NCBI RefSeq assembly: GCF_052425735.1 | Contig: NC_135758.1 | Span: forward strand, 10,230,001-10,294,000 | Direction of reading: 5' to 3' | DNA length: 64,000 bases | Source: Oculina patagonica | Lineage: Eukaryota | Shown: one piece after another, positions 26,201 through 38,575 of the stretch | How the letters are laid out: each line of letters starts with the position of its first letter | How positions within the stretch are numbered: position 1 is the stretch's first letter | Notes under the pieces: generated by a model | Seen by the model: the letters and a program-made list of their open reading frames with translations, nothing else | The model's database searches: none | What the model was told of the DNA's origin: nothing | Made by a program: the position numbers and the translations under genes

Positions 26201-29200
26201 TAGAACTGCTTTACATCCTACACACCACAGGAATTATACATTTTACTGGCAAAATTAATCTAGACATCAACAAAGTATCAAGAAACACAATTAGATATTC
26301 TATGCAGGCACCTTGGCAACGATAATTAATTGTACAAAAGATACATGTACAGCTGTAAGGAAACTGATCTTGACAAAAAAGGATTTACCTGGCAAGAATC
26401 CTTTGTATGCGTCATTCTCTGCTACAAGAATTTTACTTATTCCCTCAACCTTGCTAAGCTCTTCAACAACCTTATTAAGTAAGAATATTAAAAAATAGTT
26501 TTCATGTTAGTACTATTACCAATTACATATACATTACAGTAATTACTAGTACAGGGTACATGTAAGTCTGTCGCCTTCTTCCTTAGTGGCTTCTGGCACT
26601 TTGTGTTTTTCCTCTACAGAGAGGCAATTTCTAAGCGATGACGTCAGAAAATTGCTTATTGTCATCGCACGATGGGCTCTTTTACTCTGTTGGGGCGATC
26701 GAACAGAAATCAAGTTTAACTTAACAAGAAATCGCTGCGTAGAATACAAAAGCAAAATACTCCCGTGCAGTCAGAATGGAACACTACTGACAATGTATAA
26801 ACAAAAGAGACTACAGTCGAAGCTTTCTTAACGGACACTCTCGTAAGCGGACAGCTCTACTTAGGGCCACCTTGTTAGAAACCCCCGTTTTTACTCCCAT
26901 ACAAACTCTGTATTTTTACATTCTCGTAAGCGGACATTCCCGTAAGCGGCCGCGGACACTTTCCGAGATTACGACTTAGACTTTTTCTTTGTTTTTAAGC
27001 TCCTGTAAGCGGACACCGCAAAGAAAATCATATAAAAAACCTCTGTATCTTGTATTAATCAATCAACTTCACATCGCCGTTCGTCGCAATAATTTTACTG
27101 TTATTACAGTACCATATTTCAGTGTTTGTTTTGTCGTCATCCACGTCCGGTTACATTTCGAAACACCACTAACATGCATATTACCATTATGTTAGCTGGG
27201 CAAGCTCCCGTAAGCGGCCATCTATCCCCTACACCTCTAGTGGCCGCTTACGAGAACCATTCTCGTAAGCGGCCAGCTCCAGTTGCGGACACTTTTTTCG
27301 CGTCCCGAGGGTGTCCGCTTATGAGAGCTTCGACTGTAATTTTATAATGTAGTATATATTAGATTTAGTAGACAGAAATTCCTAATTCTTATAATACAGG
27401 GCCACTGTAAACAAGCAGAAACAAAAGACCGTTTGACCTTTCTCGCAGCTTAAAAGCTACATGTAACTCCCGTGTATCGCGCGTATGTCGTTTATCGGAT
27501 GTCGCACACTACAATATAATCTACTGTGTCTACGAAAAAAAATGTATTATTAACTTTGTATCCTTGGCCTGTAAATTAATAACTACTGTATTTATTTGAA
27601 TTCCATCAGATCCTAGCTATGCTATTTAGACAATCACCAAAATTGCTTCTTAGATTTAAAAAAAGAACACTGCAATTGGATAACAGTTTTTATCACGCAC
27701 AAGGTGTCAGCTACTTTTATTTACGTTGAGTTTTTGACAAATTTCCTCAAAATTATGTGAAACGTCATCGCTTCTGCATGCACATTACATTCGGTGGTTT
27801 AACATACTGTATAATACGAGCGGACATTCTGCTAATTGCTTGTATCTTTTCTAGCCCCTAATTCACTGGAAAAAATACCCAATTTCCACATGCGTATTCT
27901 GTATGTAAAATAGAAAATCCACACATACTCAGTTTCCATGCTTGGTTATTGTATGGAAAATTGTTGGATAAAATACTCCAATTTAGTTTGCCATACAAAA
28001 AACAACCATGGAAATTCCATTTTCCAATCTTAACTTGGAAAATAACATTTCCACTGATAAATTTTTATTTTCCAAGTATGGATTATTGTTCAATAAAAAA
28101 GCACCCAATTTCCACGTTTGTATTTTGTATGTAAAATAAATACTCCACATCCATTCAGTTTCCATACTTGGTTATTGCATGGAATTTTTTTGGATGAAAT
28201 AGTTCACTTTAGTTTTCCATGTTAAAAACAAACATGTAAATTTTATTTTCCATTCTTAATTTGGAAAATTGTATTTCCAAATAGAATTTTATTTTCCAAA
28301 TATGTATTTTTGTTGATCAAAAATGAATACCAAAATTCCACATGTGTATTTTGCATGTAAAATATAAATCCACATCTACTCAGTTTCCATACTTGGTTAT
28401 GGTATGGAAAATTGTTGGATAAAACACCCAAATTTAGTTTTCAATAATCAAAACAAACAAGGAAATTTTATTTTGCAGTCTTCATTTAGAACATTATTGC
28501 AATCTAACAGAAAAATTTATATTTTCCAAGTATGTATTTTTGTTCATCAAAAAACACTAAATTTACACATGTATTTGACATGATAACATGGAAAATCCTT
28601 AAATCTCCTTATATGGGTTTTTGATTGCCAAACTAATGCAGGCATGCAAAACTGCATTTCTACAAGGAAACCTTTACTTTCTTAATACACTTATCTTTTT
28701 TTCTGTTTTAGAACAATATTAATGCACCAGTTTATTACTGTACTTTGAACTGCAAAAAGAAATTAATATTTAAATTAATTATTGAATTTCTGCAAGGAGC
28801 TGGCACACTGTAGCTAAAATCAAATATCTTGAATTATTTTTCTGCTTACCAACTTATCATAAGGCATATCAATGTTAGATTTGTTCTTGCCAGTTTGGAC
28901 CATGCCATATCCCTGGCAAAATATCAATAATACTTTTGCAGCTTATACTGTCCATAGTTCGTGCACTTGATTCCCTAACCCACAAGTGATTCCTCTCCCA
29001 GTGTAAATGCTTAACAAAGAAATATCCTTTCACTCTCTTCTGTTCAGCATCAACTTGTCGAACTTCTGCATGCCATGTTTCATCCCGGTCTCCTTTCACA
29101 CTGACTATGTCACCAGGTTGGGGATACACAGGGACAATCACCTTGGGAAGGGGGATGGTTGCTCTGGAATGATCCACCACTGCACATTTTCCATTAGGTT

Positions 29201-30265
29201 CCAACCACAACATGATTGGCCTTACAATGTCATTTAAGCCAATACAAGTGCATGTCTGAAAAGGCTTGACATAGATAGTATCACTGAGCTGATGTCTCAA
29301 TGGATGGCCATCATCATCTAAGATATACTGATAGGCGTCACAAATGGCAAATGGTGTGAAAAGATTCTCATGTTCCACTAAGTAGAATTTTATGACTTTG
29401 AGACAAATCTCTTGGTTCCCCTGCAAGGCTATGATGTCATCTCCAGTGCGATAAAGAGTTCCTCCTGCACCTTCATTGTGTAATGGTAGGTAGGCACTGC
29501 GAAATGAATGAGCCACCTCAGGAGTTAGAATTTGATTGTTATAGGCATGAATTGCTTCTCCTTGATCTCTTTGCAACTGCTCAATTTTGCCACTTCCAAT
29601 GAGTATTCCTTTGTTAGCTCGAGCTGCATCTCTGTCACATGCACATTCTTTAATAAGGTCCTTTGCAGTTTCTAGAGAAGAGGCCACCATCTACAATAGA
29701 AAAGTAACTAGTTAAGAAGGACTACCAGGTCATTCATTCAAATCACAAAGGATATGTAAAGTTGATGCCCATATAACTGAAACAAGCTAATTATGATCTT
29801 ATACATGTATGTTTTCTGAACAAGGTGTTATTCATATAAGATAAAAGTTACCAGTAGGTGAGGCAGAAATACAAGTACACTAATAAAGAACACTGTTAAA
29901 AAGAGTTAAAGAACTACCAACTTGTCCCAACTGGCATGCAGAGTATCAGTAAGTATTCTAAATGCATGTGCATGATTTTATAAAGCAGTTTTTTTGGTAG
30001 ACAATGTTCTGCAGATTTCTACAACATTCGTTCAAAAGAATTTATTTATATAATGTACATTTTCTGGAGTAAAACAACATCTGAGCGGTTTCTTGTTCAG
30101 GTGCAACAATATAGTAGGATCAACATTGCACACACATAAACAAACAAACAAAAAGCTGTAAAAAGTAGGAAACTGTTAATTTTATAGCACTAACAAAATT
30201 ATTATAGTACCTTTTGCCTGCTATATTTTCCTGACTTTTCTGTTGTTGCATTCCTTAATCCCTTA

Positions 30266-30308
<43 letters not shown>

Positions 30309-33300
30309 TATTGTTCAAACGAAAGGTTTATAAGGATAATATACACTGCAACTTACGACAAGCAAGATCGAAGCAGCTGTATAATTGTTTCAACTTAAAT
30401 TATAAAATTAAAAATACGGCTGCTTGTCGTTAAGTTTATCGATGAATAAAAATATTAAAGATCCGATACCAGGATTCATTGTAAGAAGATAAAAAGCGTT
30501 CTCTGGTAAAATATTTTAAAAATTATTAGCTTTCGACAGCCAGACTGCTGTCTTCGACGGATAAAAATGAAGAACTTTATTTTTATCCGTCGAAGACAGC
30601 AGTCTGGCTGTCGAAAGCTAATAATTTTTAAAATATTTTACCAGAGAACGCTTTTTATTTTTTTTATCGATGAAGTGATACAAAATTACCTTTGATTTCA
30701 AAGAATCCATGCCCACAATCGCTTAATTACCTAGAGTTAGTGATATGATCTAAACAATGAATGAACTCACCATTTTCTTGTTGTAACAGTTTCAAGGCCG
30801 AAAGATGCCTTTCCTGAGTTTTATAATGTACAGCCTTTCCACGGCATTCTTCGCAAGGGCAATGAACATGAACGGAACTTCTTTCAGTGCAGAAACACAA
30901 CGACGAAGGAGCCGGATCCGCCAATCGTTCCGCCATCTTTTTAGTCATATGAGCAGTCAGTGCCACAATACAGCGTTCACCTGTGTTGCGCGGGCAGTCA
31001 ATCAGCTCCTGAACAGCAGCCAACCAATCAAATGGAACAAAATCATCAGCAACCAATCAAATGAAAGCAGTTTTGGTATAAACTGTTGCGTTGAAGAATT
31101 TCCCGCCCTCTTTGCCGCATGGATTTATCAGAAAGAGCATTTTTATTTATAGTGTTGGCGGGATTGTTGGCGGTAGTTTTGGCGTATTCGTCGTCGTATG
31201 CAAAAGGAAAAGGTTTTCGGTCGTCACCTTTGTGCGTTTCGCAAACGGTTGATACCAGTTCGGAAAATGATGAAGAGGTGGAGCGAATCATGTCCAAGAG
31301 TCAGGCTAGTGTACTGAGTCGAAAAAGAAGTGCAGACGAAGATTTTCAGGAAGAAGGTGACACAGAGAACGATGAGAAACGGCGGGAAACACATGCAGTC
31401 GGACCCGCGAAAGTCATTGGTAAGCTTTTTGTTATATTCGCAACGATTAATTCGACTTTTAATCTTCTGTCGATTTAAAAGAAATGATCAAAGGCAGATG
31501 CTTCTGTAAAGAACAAATTTATACCTGATAACTCTTTCTTATTATATGGCTACAATAGTACGCGCGCTCTGATTGGCTGCTGAGCGGGCATTATTTTCTT
31601 GTAATGACCGGGCATTATGAAAATTTTTCTCGGCTCGACGGTTTTTTGAGTTGTGAGTAAAAGCTACTAGCGAGGGGGCAAAAACAACAAAAAATGCCGA
31701 CAAAATATAACTATCTTTTCAATAACTGAAAGAAAAATATAAGCATACCGATACTTCTTTAGTATGAACGACGAAGAGAGCCACAGAGAGCGAGAGCGAG
31801 AGCGAGTTTTACCTCCAGTGTTTTTTCCCTTGATTTTTTTTGAATAGTGCTTAAAGGCCATATAATAAATAACTTATTAACCTCGTCCGTTCGGTCACTA
31901 CAGGGGAATCTCAGACCTCGACCTTGATGTATTGACCTCGCTGTCGCTCGGTCAATACATCAAGACCTCGGTCTGAGATTCCCCTGTAATGACCTCACTC
32001 TCGGTTAATAAGTAGTATATGTAATAACTTTGACCAAATGCGAATTAGATCGAGGCCGACGTCTGCGAAGGGAAACTCTGACGCCAAGAATCTAAACATT
32101 GTTTTCTTCTTTTGAGGTTGAAGCTCGGAACTAGTGAGTCTAGTGACGGTTATTTTATTTGCAGATTGGTCTCCGGAACAAGTAAAAAAGTGGATTTTTG
32201 GCTTATTTGGTGAAGCAGTTGCAGAGAAGTTCCTCGAGGAAGAGATAGATGGGCGGGCATTATTGGAAAGTAAACGGTTGGAAGAGGATTCAACTCTTGA
32301 GAAACTTGGTATCGCAACAATCGGAAAGAAAGAGCGTTTCAAGAGAGAGCTTGGAGCTGTCAGACCAGATGGTAGATACACTCTTTTTATTTTATAAGAA
32401 TATTGTTTTTCCGACCCAAGCTGAATATTCTTATATTTCTGCCGATTTTAGGCTGAAAATATTCTCATGAACATTCTTAAATAATTCCGTTTGACATTTT
32501 CGTTTTAGAATTTATAATGATACTTTTTTGCTGTTTAGTTTATTTCTTTTGTGCCGTACATCATACATACTGTAATTATATAATAAATGTACCGTTCATC
32601 GAACTGTCATAAGCATCGAACATCTCGTTAGTGCAGGTTTTTATTGTTTTACTGGCTAGTTAAAAGTTTTGCCGTTTAGAGAAATAAAGGATTTTATACG
32701 TTTCAGATAAAAACATATTAAATTGTATTGCATTAACAAATTTTCAACTCAAAATGCTATTCTTTTCAAAATCTCGGCCTCGGGTTTATTCTTAAAATAT
32801 TCTTTAAAATTGGCAAGTATCAGCGTTGATATTCTTATCAAATTAATTTTAATCAAATTAATTTTAAATTTTAAAATAACAGCACTCTTTGAACTGTGAA
32901 TCACATTTAATCGTAGAACGGCCAATATTAATAAGATGCTATTTCTCTAGATAACATTCATCCTTTTGGGCAAAAAAAGAAGAAGATTGATTGTTCATCA
33001 TTCCGAAGCTATGACAGACTACTAACAAGAGAAGAGAGGGAGCATCTCAGCTGTAAAGACAAGAGTATTTACAACACAAAGTAGGTATCTAATAACAGTA
33101 TTGTAAATTTCTTGTGTTGTCAGGAAAGGATCTCATTTGAAAAATTATTTCTCTTGAGCTTCCTTTATGAAACTTACAGAATTACTGGTGATGGCAAGAG
33201 CCTCTCATTTCTTTGAACATACATGTAATACCAAGATGAAACACTAAGGTTATTTTTCTTTGGTGAAAAGAATGGAATGGAAGTTTTATTTCCAAATTTA

Positions 33301-36300
33301 GCTACAGGGCTACAAATAATTTTGTTCACTTGAAAGGACATATGTCCTACAAAGGCACCAACTTGGTCGGACAAAACAAAATTGTGGTCAGACAGATTTT
33401 TATTCATCGTTGCTCTAAAGTAATGTATGATCAAAAAATTGTCTGGACATTATGTCTGACCACACTTGACATTTCGCCGGACATGAGCAAAATTTGGTCG
33501 GCCAATGACCAACTGTTATTTGCAGCCCTGAGCTATCTACCTTATGATCCAGCTACAGTCCTTACAGTCCTTAAATTTAGGACAAATAATTGGGCCAGTT
33601 TGCTAAATTTTCATTGGTAAGTGGGTTCAAAAAGTGAAGTGTCAAGTGACTTGTTTAAGATTGTGTACAATAAATTACCTCTTGATGATTACTCAATTAC
33701 AATAACGAATTCATTTTCAGAGGGTAACACTTGTTAGTTAACTTAAGTTGCTGATGGTCCTCGTCTAAGTATCTGTCTAACAGAAGAATAAATAAAATAT
33801 GCAAACAAATGATATGTATCAAATATATAATCTGTCCCTTTAACAGAAAAAAGAGGATCACCAAAGAGGTGGAAAAAAAATGGCCAAAAGGAAGTACACT
33901 TCCCAACTACAGAAGCAAAGTTGAAGCGATGGTTGTCGACCAATTTGTTGAGAAGATTGCACAGGACGAAAGTGTCCTTTTCCCTGAATGTGGACTGCGA
34001 AAGGAGGCTATACTCGAGATAGTGTTAAAAAAAATAAGGGAACAGCGACGGCAACAGAAAGACGTAAAAATACCCTTGAGACAAGAAGACGTATTGTCAA
34101 CTGACAGTGCTGAAAGTGAATCATCAAATTCCAGTAGTCCTCCTTCGTCTCAGTTTGAAAGGGTCAAACGATACAGCCTATATTTTGACGAAGGTGAGTG
34201 GATTTGAGGATTTCAAAAGGAGGCAAAGTTTGTTGTGAACATTGCATTTCTTTGCTTCTCCCTTGGGAAATTTTTGAAATGAATTGTGGTAAAAAAAAAA
34301 ATTAGTTAGATGAGTGGGCAAAACACTTTTTTCCTTACCACAACAGGCCACAGAAATTTAACAAGGTGACCAAAAGATGAGGTTCTCTCTCTCTCTCTTT
34401 AAGTTTTAAGGTGTGAGAGTCTATGAGCTGGAAGGTTTCAATAACAAAGTGTATTGACATACTTTGTTGAATGTTGCATTAACTTTCACTTATTTTTTTG
34501 CCCTAGACATGACCCAGAGTACAGCTGAATTGATTGTCATGGTAGCCCTCCAGAAATCATCAATCAAAGATGTTAAAATGGAGCAGCTGCATAAAATGAG
34601 AAAACTGTTCAACCTTGGATTGCTAAGGGGGAAAGACAAAATGACTCATGTCCGAGCCATTGCCAATTCGCTGAAATTAGAGGGTTACGTCACAATATCA
34701 GAGGTGGCAGATGGAGAATCCCTAACACGAAACAATGTTCAGATTGCAAAGGAGATTGCTCTTGACTAAGCCTAAAATGGCTAACTTTCTGCATGTCATA
34801 TAAGTTGTGTTCATTATTTGGCCTTAAAACATTCAGATTGATTGGTTTAGGGCACTTACTGTGCAAGTATGTATGTGACTGCAATATCTACTGCAAAGTT
34901 GGACATGTTCAGTAAATATAAGTTTAGCATTACAAAAAGCTAAATTTCTGGGTGTCATAGTAAGTTGTGTTCATGATTTCATGTTTTAAGATTGCAAGTC
35001 TGGCTTAGGGCACTTACTGTGCATGTGTGTGTGACTTCAATATATCTACTGTCAAGTTTTACATGCATGTTCAGTAAGTTTGGCAATACAAAATGGCTAA
35101 ATTTCTGCATAGATATGTTAATGATTTGGCCTAGATATACTTATGTATTAATAACCTTGGTTTTTGGTTGCAAATCAGCATAATGCTGGTGAGAACCCTT
35201 TAGGCAATGAACATATTGGCTTAGCTGTAATAGAACAATGTAGATAGTATTAATTTTGTTGTCTGATACAAGTGGATGATTTGTTTGGTAGTTAAAATAA
35301 TTGTTCATTAAATCACAACAGTTTGTTAAATGATGTTTTATTTGATTTCTTTTCTTTCTTTCTTTTTTTCATTGTTACATCGATCTTTACACAACAGTTG
35401 AACAGCTGTGTTACAAGTATTGCAAAAAAAAAAGAACACACATGGTTTGTTCGTTATTTCCAAGGTTGATTGAAAATCCCGATAGGGAAAACCCCAAGAA
35501 ACCATATTCGATAGTTAGAATACCAACTATGGAATTAAATCATTTTCCATGAATGGTGTTCCATTTTCCAAACAGGGAAAATAGTTAGAAACCAAATTTG
35601 TTTATATTAAAATCCAAACAAGTATTTTGTTGTAAAATCTGGTGTGGTTTTCATTCTTTCCACATTGGGTTCTGTGGAAATCCAGAAATGAAAAAAGACC
35701 AAAATCCAAATTTGGGAATGGCGATATCCTAGTTCGTTTACTTCCTACCATAAAATCCAAATGTGGTTTTGTAAATTTCCAATTACGATAGTCCTGCACA
35801 CATTTTGAGAAAACCAAGTTTGGTATCTTAAAAATCCAAACTGGTATTTAGTCAAAATCCATGTTTGGATAAATTGTACTAAATCCATATATGGAAAATA
35901 GTTGATTTCCACACAAAATCCATACAATTTCCATATAAAAATCGAATTTGGAAATGTGCCCATTTTTCCAGTGATATAAGGGGCTTGTACATATTATATG
36001 TGAAACCTTTGAATACACCTATTTTCAAAATGGCTGAAAAAACCTGAATTCTTTTGCCTTCATATTAATTGGCCTTTCGTGACCTCGTTTTAATCCAAAA
36101 GTTCTTTTGACTTTGGCAGTTATGATAGAGGCCACGAAAGCCAATTGACATGAAAACAAAATTTAGAATAATGTATTTTCTGCCATATTGGAAAATGGTT
36201 TTTTAAGGTGTATGTATTTCTTCCTTCCCATCACCTGCTTCCCTTACCACCTCCTGTAGCCTTCCTACCCCCTTTACTCCTACTAGTTAACCCCCCCCCC

Positions 36301-37174
36301 CTGTTCCTCTCCCTCCCCTCCCAACACACCATGTACAGATCAATGCTACTAACCTTTCCACAGCTGGTTCCAGCGACCAATGCAGATACATCACCACCAA
36401 GCTTACTAGCAGCTGTGATAGCACTCAGAGTTATAGCACCTACAGCATTGTTATCATGCTCAGCGACAACCAGAGTGGAGGCACTTCTACCAGAGACCAA
36501 ACACCGCAAAGAGCTTCCCTGTACAAATATGTAGTTTTATAATAAAATATTCAATAAGATGAAGGACAAAATGGGAGTTCTGAGCTTAAGTAATTAAAAC
36601 AAATGCAAAAATGCAATTATTGTCAAGCTATGGTTATTTTGAAGCCAAACTCCAACAAAATAATTATTAGTTTGATCATGTGATGGCCCAATGTGTAAAC
36701 CTTGAATTGCTTTGGTCACCAGTTTGTGGCTGAGCACTGCTAATGCACTGCTTTGTTGGCAAAGTAAAATTTTGTTTGCAACTTTTTCCCTTTTAGTTAT
36801 AAACCTTTCACTACTTTACTGTAGTAAAGGATCAATGGCCTTAAAATTTCTGAATGGGCTTAATATAGTATCAGTTTATACAATGTAGTATTAGAGAGAT
36901 TAAACCCTCGATCTGCCCTATGTTTTATTTACTACACTGGTTGAATAAAAAATGTTCACCTCTGCGTGTTTAAATAACAGATCGTAAAATATATCAATTT
37001 ACTGCTTTCAAAATGAGCAAGCCGGCCATGCTACACACGCATCAAATTGTGTCAAAACATTCTCCAACATTCATCAATGATGCCGATGTTCTACTAAATA
37101 ATCTACTTCCTAATCTATTTTAAAATACTTACAGGTCTCCCCAGAGCCCTGGAAAGAGTTCCTATCCTTATCAT
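18560..37174 (-). CDS. ETFA: Electron transfer flavoprotein alpha subunit, mitochondrial; 13 coding exons: 37133-37174, 36354-36518, 26389-26470, 26089-26171, 25378-25477, 23841-23951, 23617-23721, 22830-22898, 21858-21940, 21495-21560, 21016-21061, 20264-20298, 18560-18592
   Basis: The spliced translation gives [109 protein letters not shown] and [10 protein letters not shown]. All introns are GT-AG and phases are compatible. Confidence 0.97.
19105..20258 (+). mobile_element. 5'-truncated non-LTR retrotransposon (CR1/L2-like RT C-terminus) in the last ETFA intron
   Basis: ERIIYDQLY...[42 protein letters not shown] and [13 protein letters not shown]. Internal deletion and frameshift. 3' UTR ends aataaag(ttatc)3. 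Confidence 0.9.
22273..22527. mobile_element. MITE with CAGGGCTGC ends (second copy inverted at ~33305-33530)
   Basis: cagggctgcaaa...tttgcagccctg. The internal sequence is colinear with the reverse complement of 33305-33530. Confidence 0.75.
24410..24895. mobile_element. P-element-like MITE with 7-bp TSD
   Basis: TIR CACAGGTGACCCAAGCACTTTATG. ctctcag is duplicated at 24403-24409 and 24896-24902. Confidence 0.75.
25639..25987. mobile_element. PIF/Harbinger-like MITE
   Basis: Ends ggtcctgtccacactaacccgggtaaatttgaaaa and ttttcaaatttacctgggttaatgtgaacagggtc, with tta/taa flanks. Confidence 0.65.
26814..27336. mobile_element. Tc1/pogo-like MITE with TA TSD
   Basis: TA-CAGTCGAAGCT...AGCTTCGACTG-TA with internal taagcggac repeats. 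Confidence 0.75.
27875..28600. repeat. Subterminal tandem repeat, about 3 x 226 bp
   Basis: Unit starts cccaatttccac at ~27878 and ~28104, with variants at ~28331 and ~28557. Confidence 0.8.
28875..30936 (-). pseudogene. Internally deleted putative CACTA transposase: N-terminal Zn-binding exon (30771-30936) and C-terminal exon (28875-29690)
   Basis: MAERL...[23 protein letters not shown] resembles the CACTA transposase-associated CPCxxC...H domain. The last exon (271 codons) follows an acceptor and ends in an SH3/Tudor-like segment ([17 protein letters not shown]). No catalytic core is visible in the 1.1-kb gap. Confidence 0.55.
30447..30662. mobile_element. Short Penelope-like insertion forming an 80-bp-arm palindrome
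   Basis: Arms 30489-30568 and 30579-30658. Flanking duplication tttatcgatgaa at 30435-30446 and 30663-30674. Degenerate hammerhead-like motif ccgtcgaa-gacagc..gctgtc-gaaagcta. Confidence 0.65.
31119..34769 (+). CDS. Transposon-borne SAM-domain protein, about 415 aa; exons 31119-31419, 32165-32371, 32951-33080, 33847-34193, 34507-34769
   Basis: GT-AG joins keep one open frame (1248 nt). Exon 2 [11 protein letters not shown]...[14 protein letters not shown]...[15 protein letters not shown] is a typical SAM domain. CCAAT boxes and TATAAA (31077) lie upstream. Confidence 0.85.
31862..32021. repeat. Long hairpin repeat in intron 1 of the SAM gene
   Basis: acttattaacc...ggggaatctcagacc...gatgtattgacc pairs with ggtcaatacatc...ggtctgagattcccc...ggttaataagt. 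Confidence 0.7.
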
Positions 37175-37694
37175 TTGAACTCTTCTCCGCGATTTCTTGG
37201 TTTTAACAGCGCAATACAACCACCATTCAAGGATTCAAGTCAATTTCTGTGTTTTATGCAGCGTTATGCAACACTACCATTGGGACATGCGCGAGCCCAG
37301 GCTCTCGCGCTAAATTTTAGTCACGCAACATTTCCCTCACGTATTTATTAAAAAATTTATTCAAGAATAAATATTTAGATATATCTGAGTTCTTCCTACA
37401 ATCTTGAAAAAAGAGAAAGCAGGAATAACCTACAATTATTTTTTTTTTACTCTCTCTCTTTCTCCCTTTTATTATAATTACTAAAAAGAAAAATACATTT
37501 TTGTGTGCGTCTTGTGTTACCGTTTTGATGCGAACCTTGGAGGAAACAAGATGTACATTTCCACTAAAACTGTCGTTTTTCTATTGGTCAAACTCGATCC
37601 ACCGAACACTATAAATTTGGCGAAAGCAAAATATAACAATTTAGTTTTATGAATTTCGGTACAGTAGACTGTACAGATTTTAGATTCAGTAAAG
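37175..37694. promoter_or_regulatory. Divergent promoter region shared by ETFA and H2A
   Basis: 520 bp between the two ATGs. Reverse CCAAT (attgg, ~37583) and TATAAA (~37610) lie upstream of H2A. Confidence 0.55.
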
Positions 37695-38138
37695 ATGGCG
37701 CGTTCCTTCACTTCCTTGAGTCAATCGCCAAGAAAAGCTGGTGGCGGCAAAGGCAAGAGAACTCTCGGCAGCAAAAGAAGTCGTTCTTCAAGAGCAGGAC
37801 TGCAGTTTCCAGTGAGCCGAGTGCACAGGTTTTTACGCCTGGGAAAGTTCTCTGAACACCTCGCAGCGGGCGCCCCAGTTTATTTGGCGGCAGTTCTTGA
37901 GTACTTGGTCGCCGAAATACTCGAATTGAGCGGCAACGTGGCTCGGAACAGCAAGAGAAAACGAATCATCCCCCGTTTTATTCAGCTCGCGGTGCGAAGC
38001 GACGAGGAGCTTAACCAGTTGTTGCCAAAAGTCATCATACCTAACTCCGGCGTGGTGCCAAATATTCACTCTGTTCTGCTAAAGAAGCCCGCCAGAAAGT
38101 ACAGCAAGAAACCAGAGAAACGAGCGGGTGGGGAGTGA
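37695..38138 (+). CDS. H2A: Divergent histone H2A variant, 147 aa, intronless
   Basis: [45 protein letters not shown] and PNIHSVLL. Confidence 0.95.
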   Translation: MARSFTSLSQSPRKAGGGKGKRTLGSKRSRSSRAGLQFPVSRVHRFLRLGKFSEHLAAGAPVYLAAVLEYLVAEILELSGNVARNSKRKRIIPRFIQLAVRSDEELNQLLPKVIIPNSGVVPNIHSVLLKKPARKYSKKPEKRAGGE

Positions 38139-38170
38139 GCACTGAGCTTCTAACTAAAACAAACACAAAC

Positions 38171-38186
38171 GGCTCTTTTAGGAGCC
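38171..38186 (+). terminator. Histone 3' stem-loop
   Basis: AAAC-GGCTCT-TTTA-GGAGCC-ACCA, 32 nt after the H2A stop. AATAAA follows at 38191. Confidence 0.9.
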
Positions 38187-38575
38187 ACCAAATAAAACAA
38201 AAGTCATTGCTCAACAAAGTGGCTCGCCGTTTCGCCGTATTAACTGTTTTAGCGGGAATCTTTTCTTTTGCATGCAATTTGGTAGCTTTTAAAACAAAAT
38301 AAAGAAACTCTTAGTCTTTTGCAACCCGGGAAGAACAGATCTGAAACAGAAAGTCAGAAACCGTAGGTAAGTGCGGGGCCTGGGGCTACACATAAATTGG
38401 CGGGAAAATATGCGCGCGAAAATAAAACGCACCGTTCCCGGCGAAAGATACGCTGCATCTAACAACTTCGCACTATTTTTTTTTCTTCTTGAGTATAACA
38501 AATTAACCTTTTTTGTTCCCTTTTTTAATGATCAAAACGGGAACAAGAGATGAAACATTTCCCTGTCAAACCGAA

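Larger units (their letters stand above)
27864..35973. mobile_element. EnSpm/CACTA(CMC)-like DNA transposon, 8.1 kb, in ETFA intron 2
   Basis: Termini CACTGGAAAAA...TTTTTCCAGTG. Left subterminal tandem repeats of ~226 bp and right subterminal aaatcca-rich repeats. Two divergent genes inside. The element splits a palindromic repeat (tagcccct|aggggct). TSD is imperfect. Confidence 0.8.

Noticed and set aside
27875-28600. Repeat-spacer array or repeat protein gene
   Set aside because: The units are contiguous diverged tandem copies at a transposon end, and the short ORFs there have no consistent frame.
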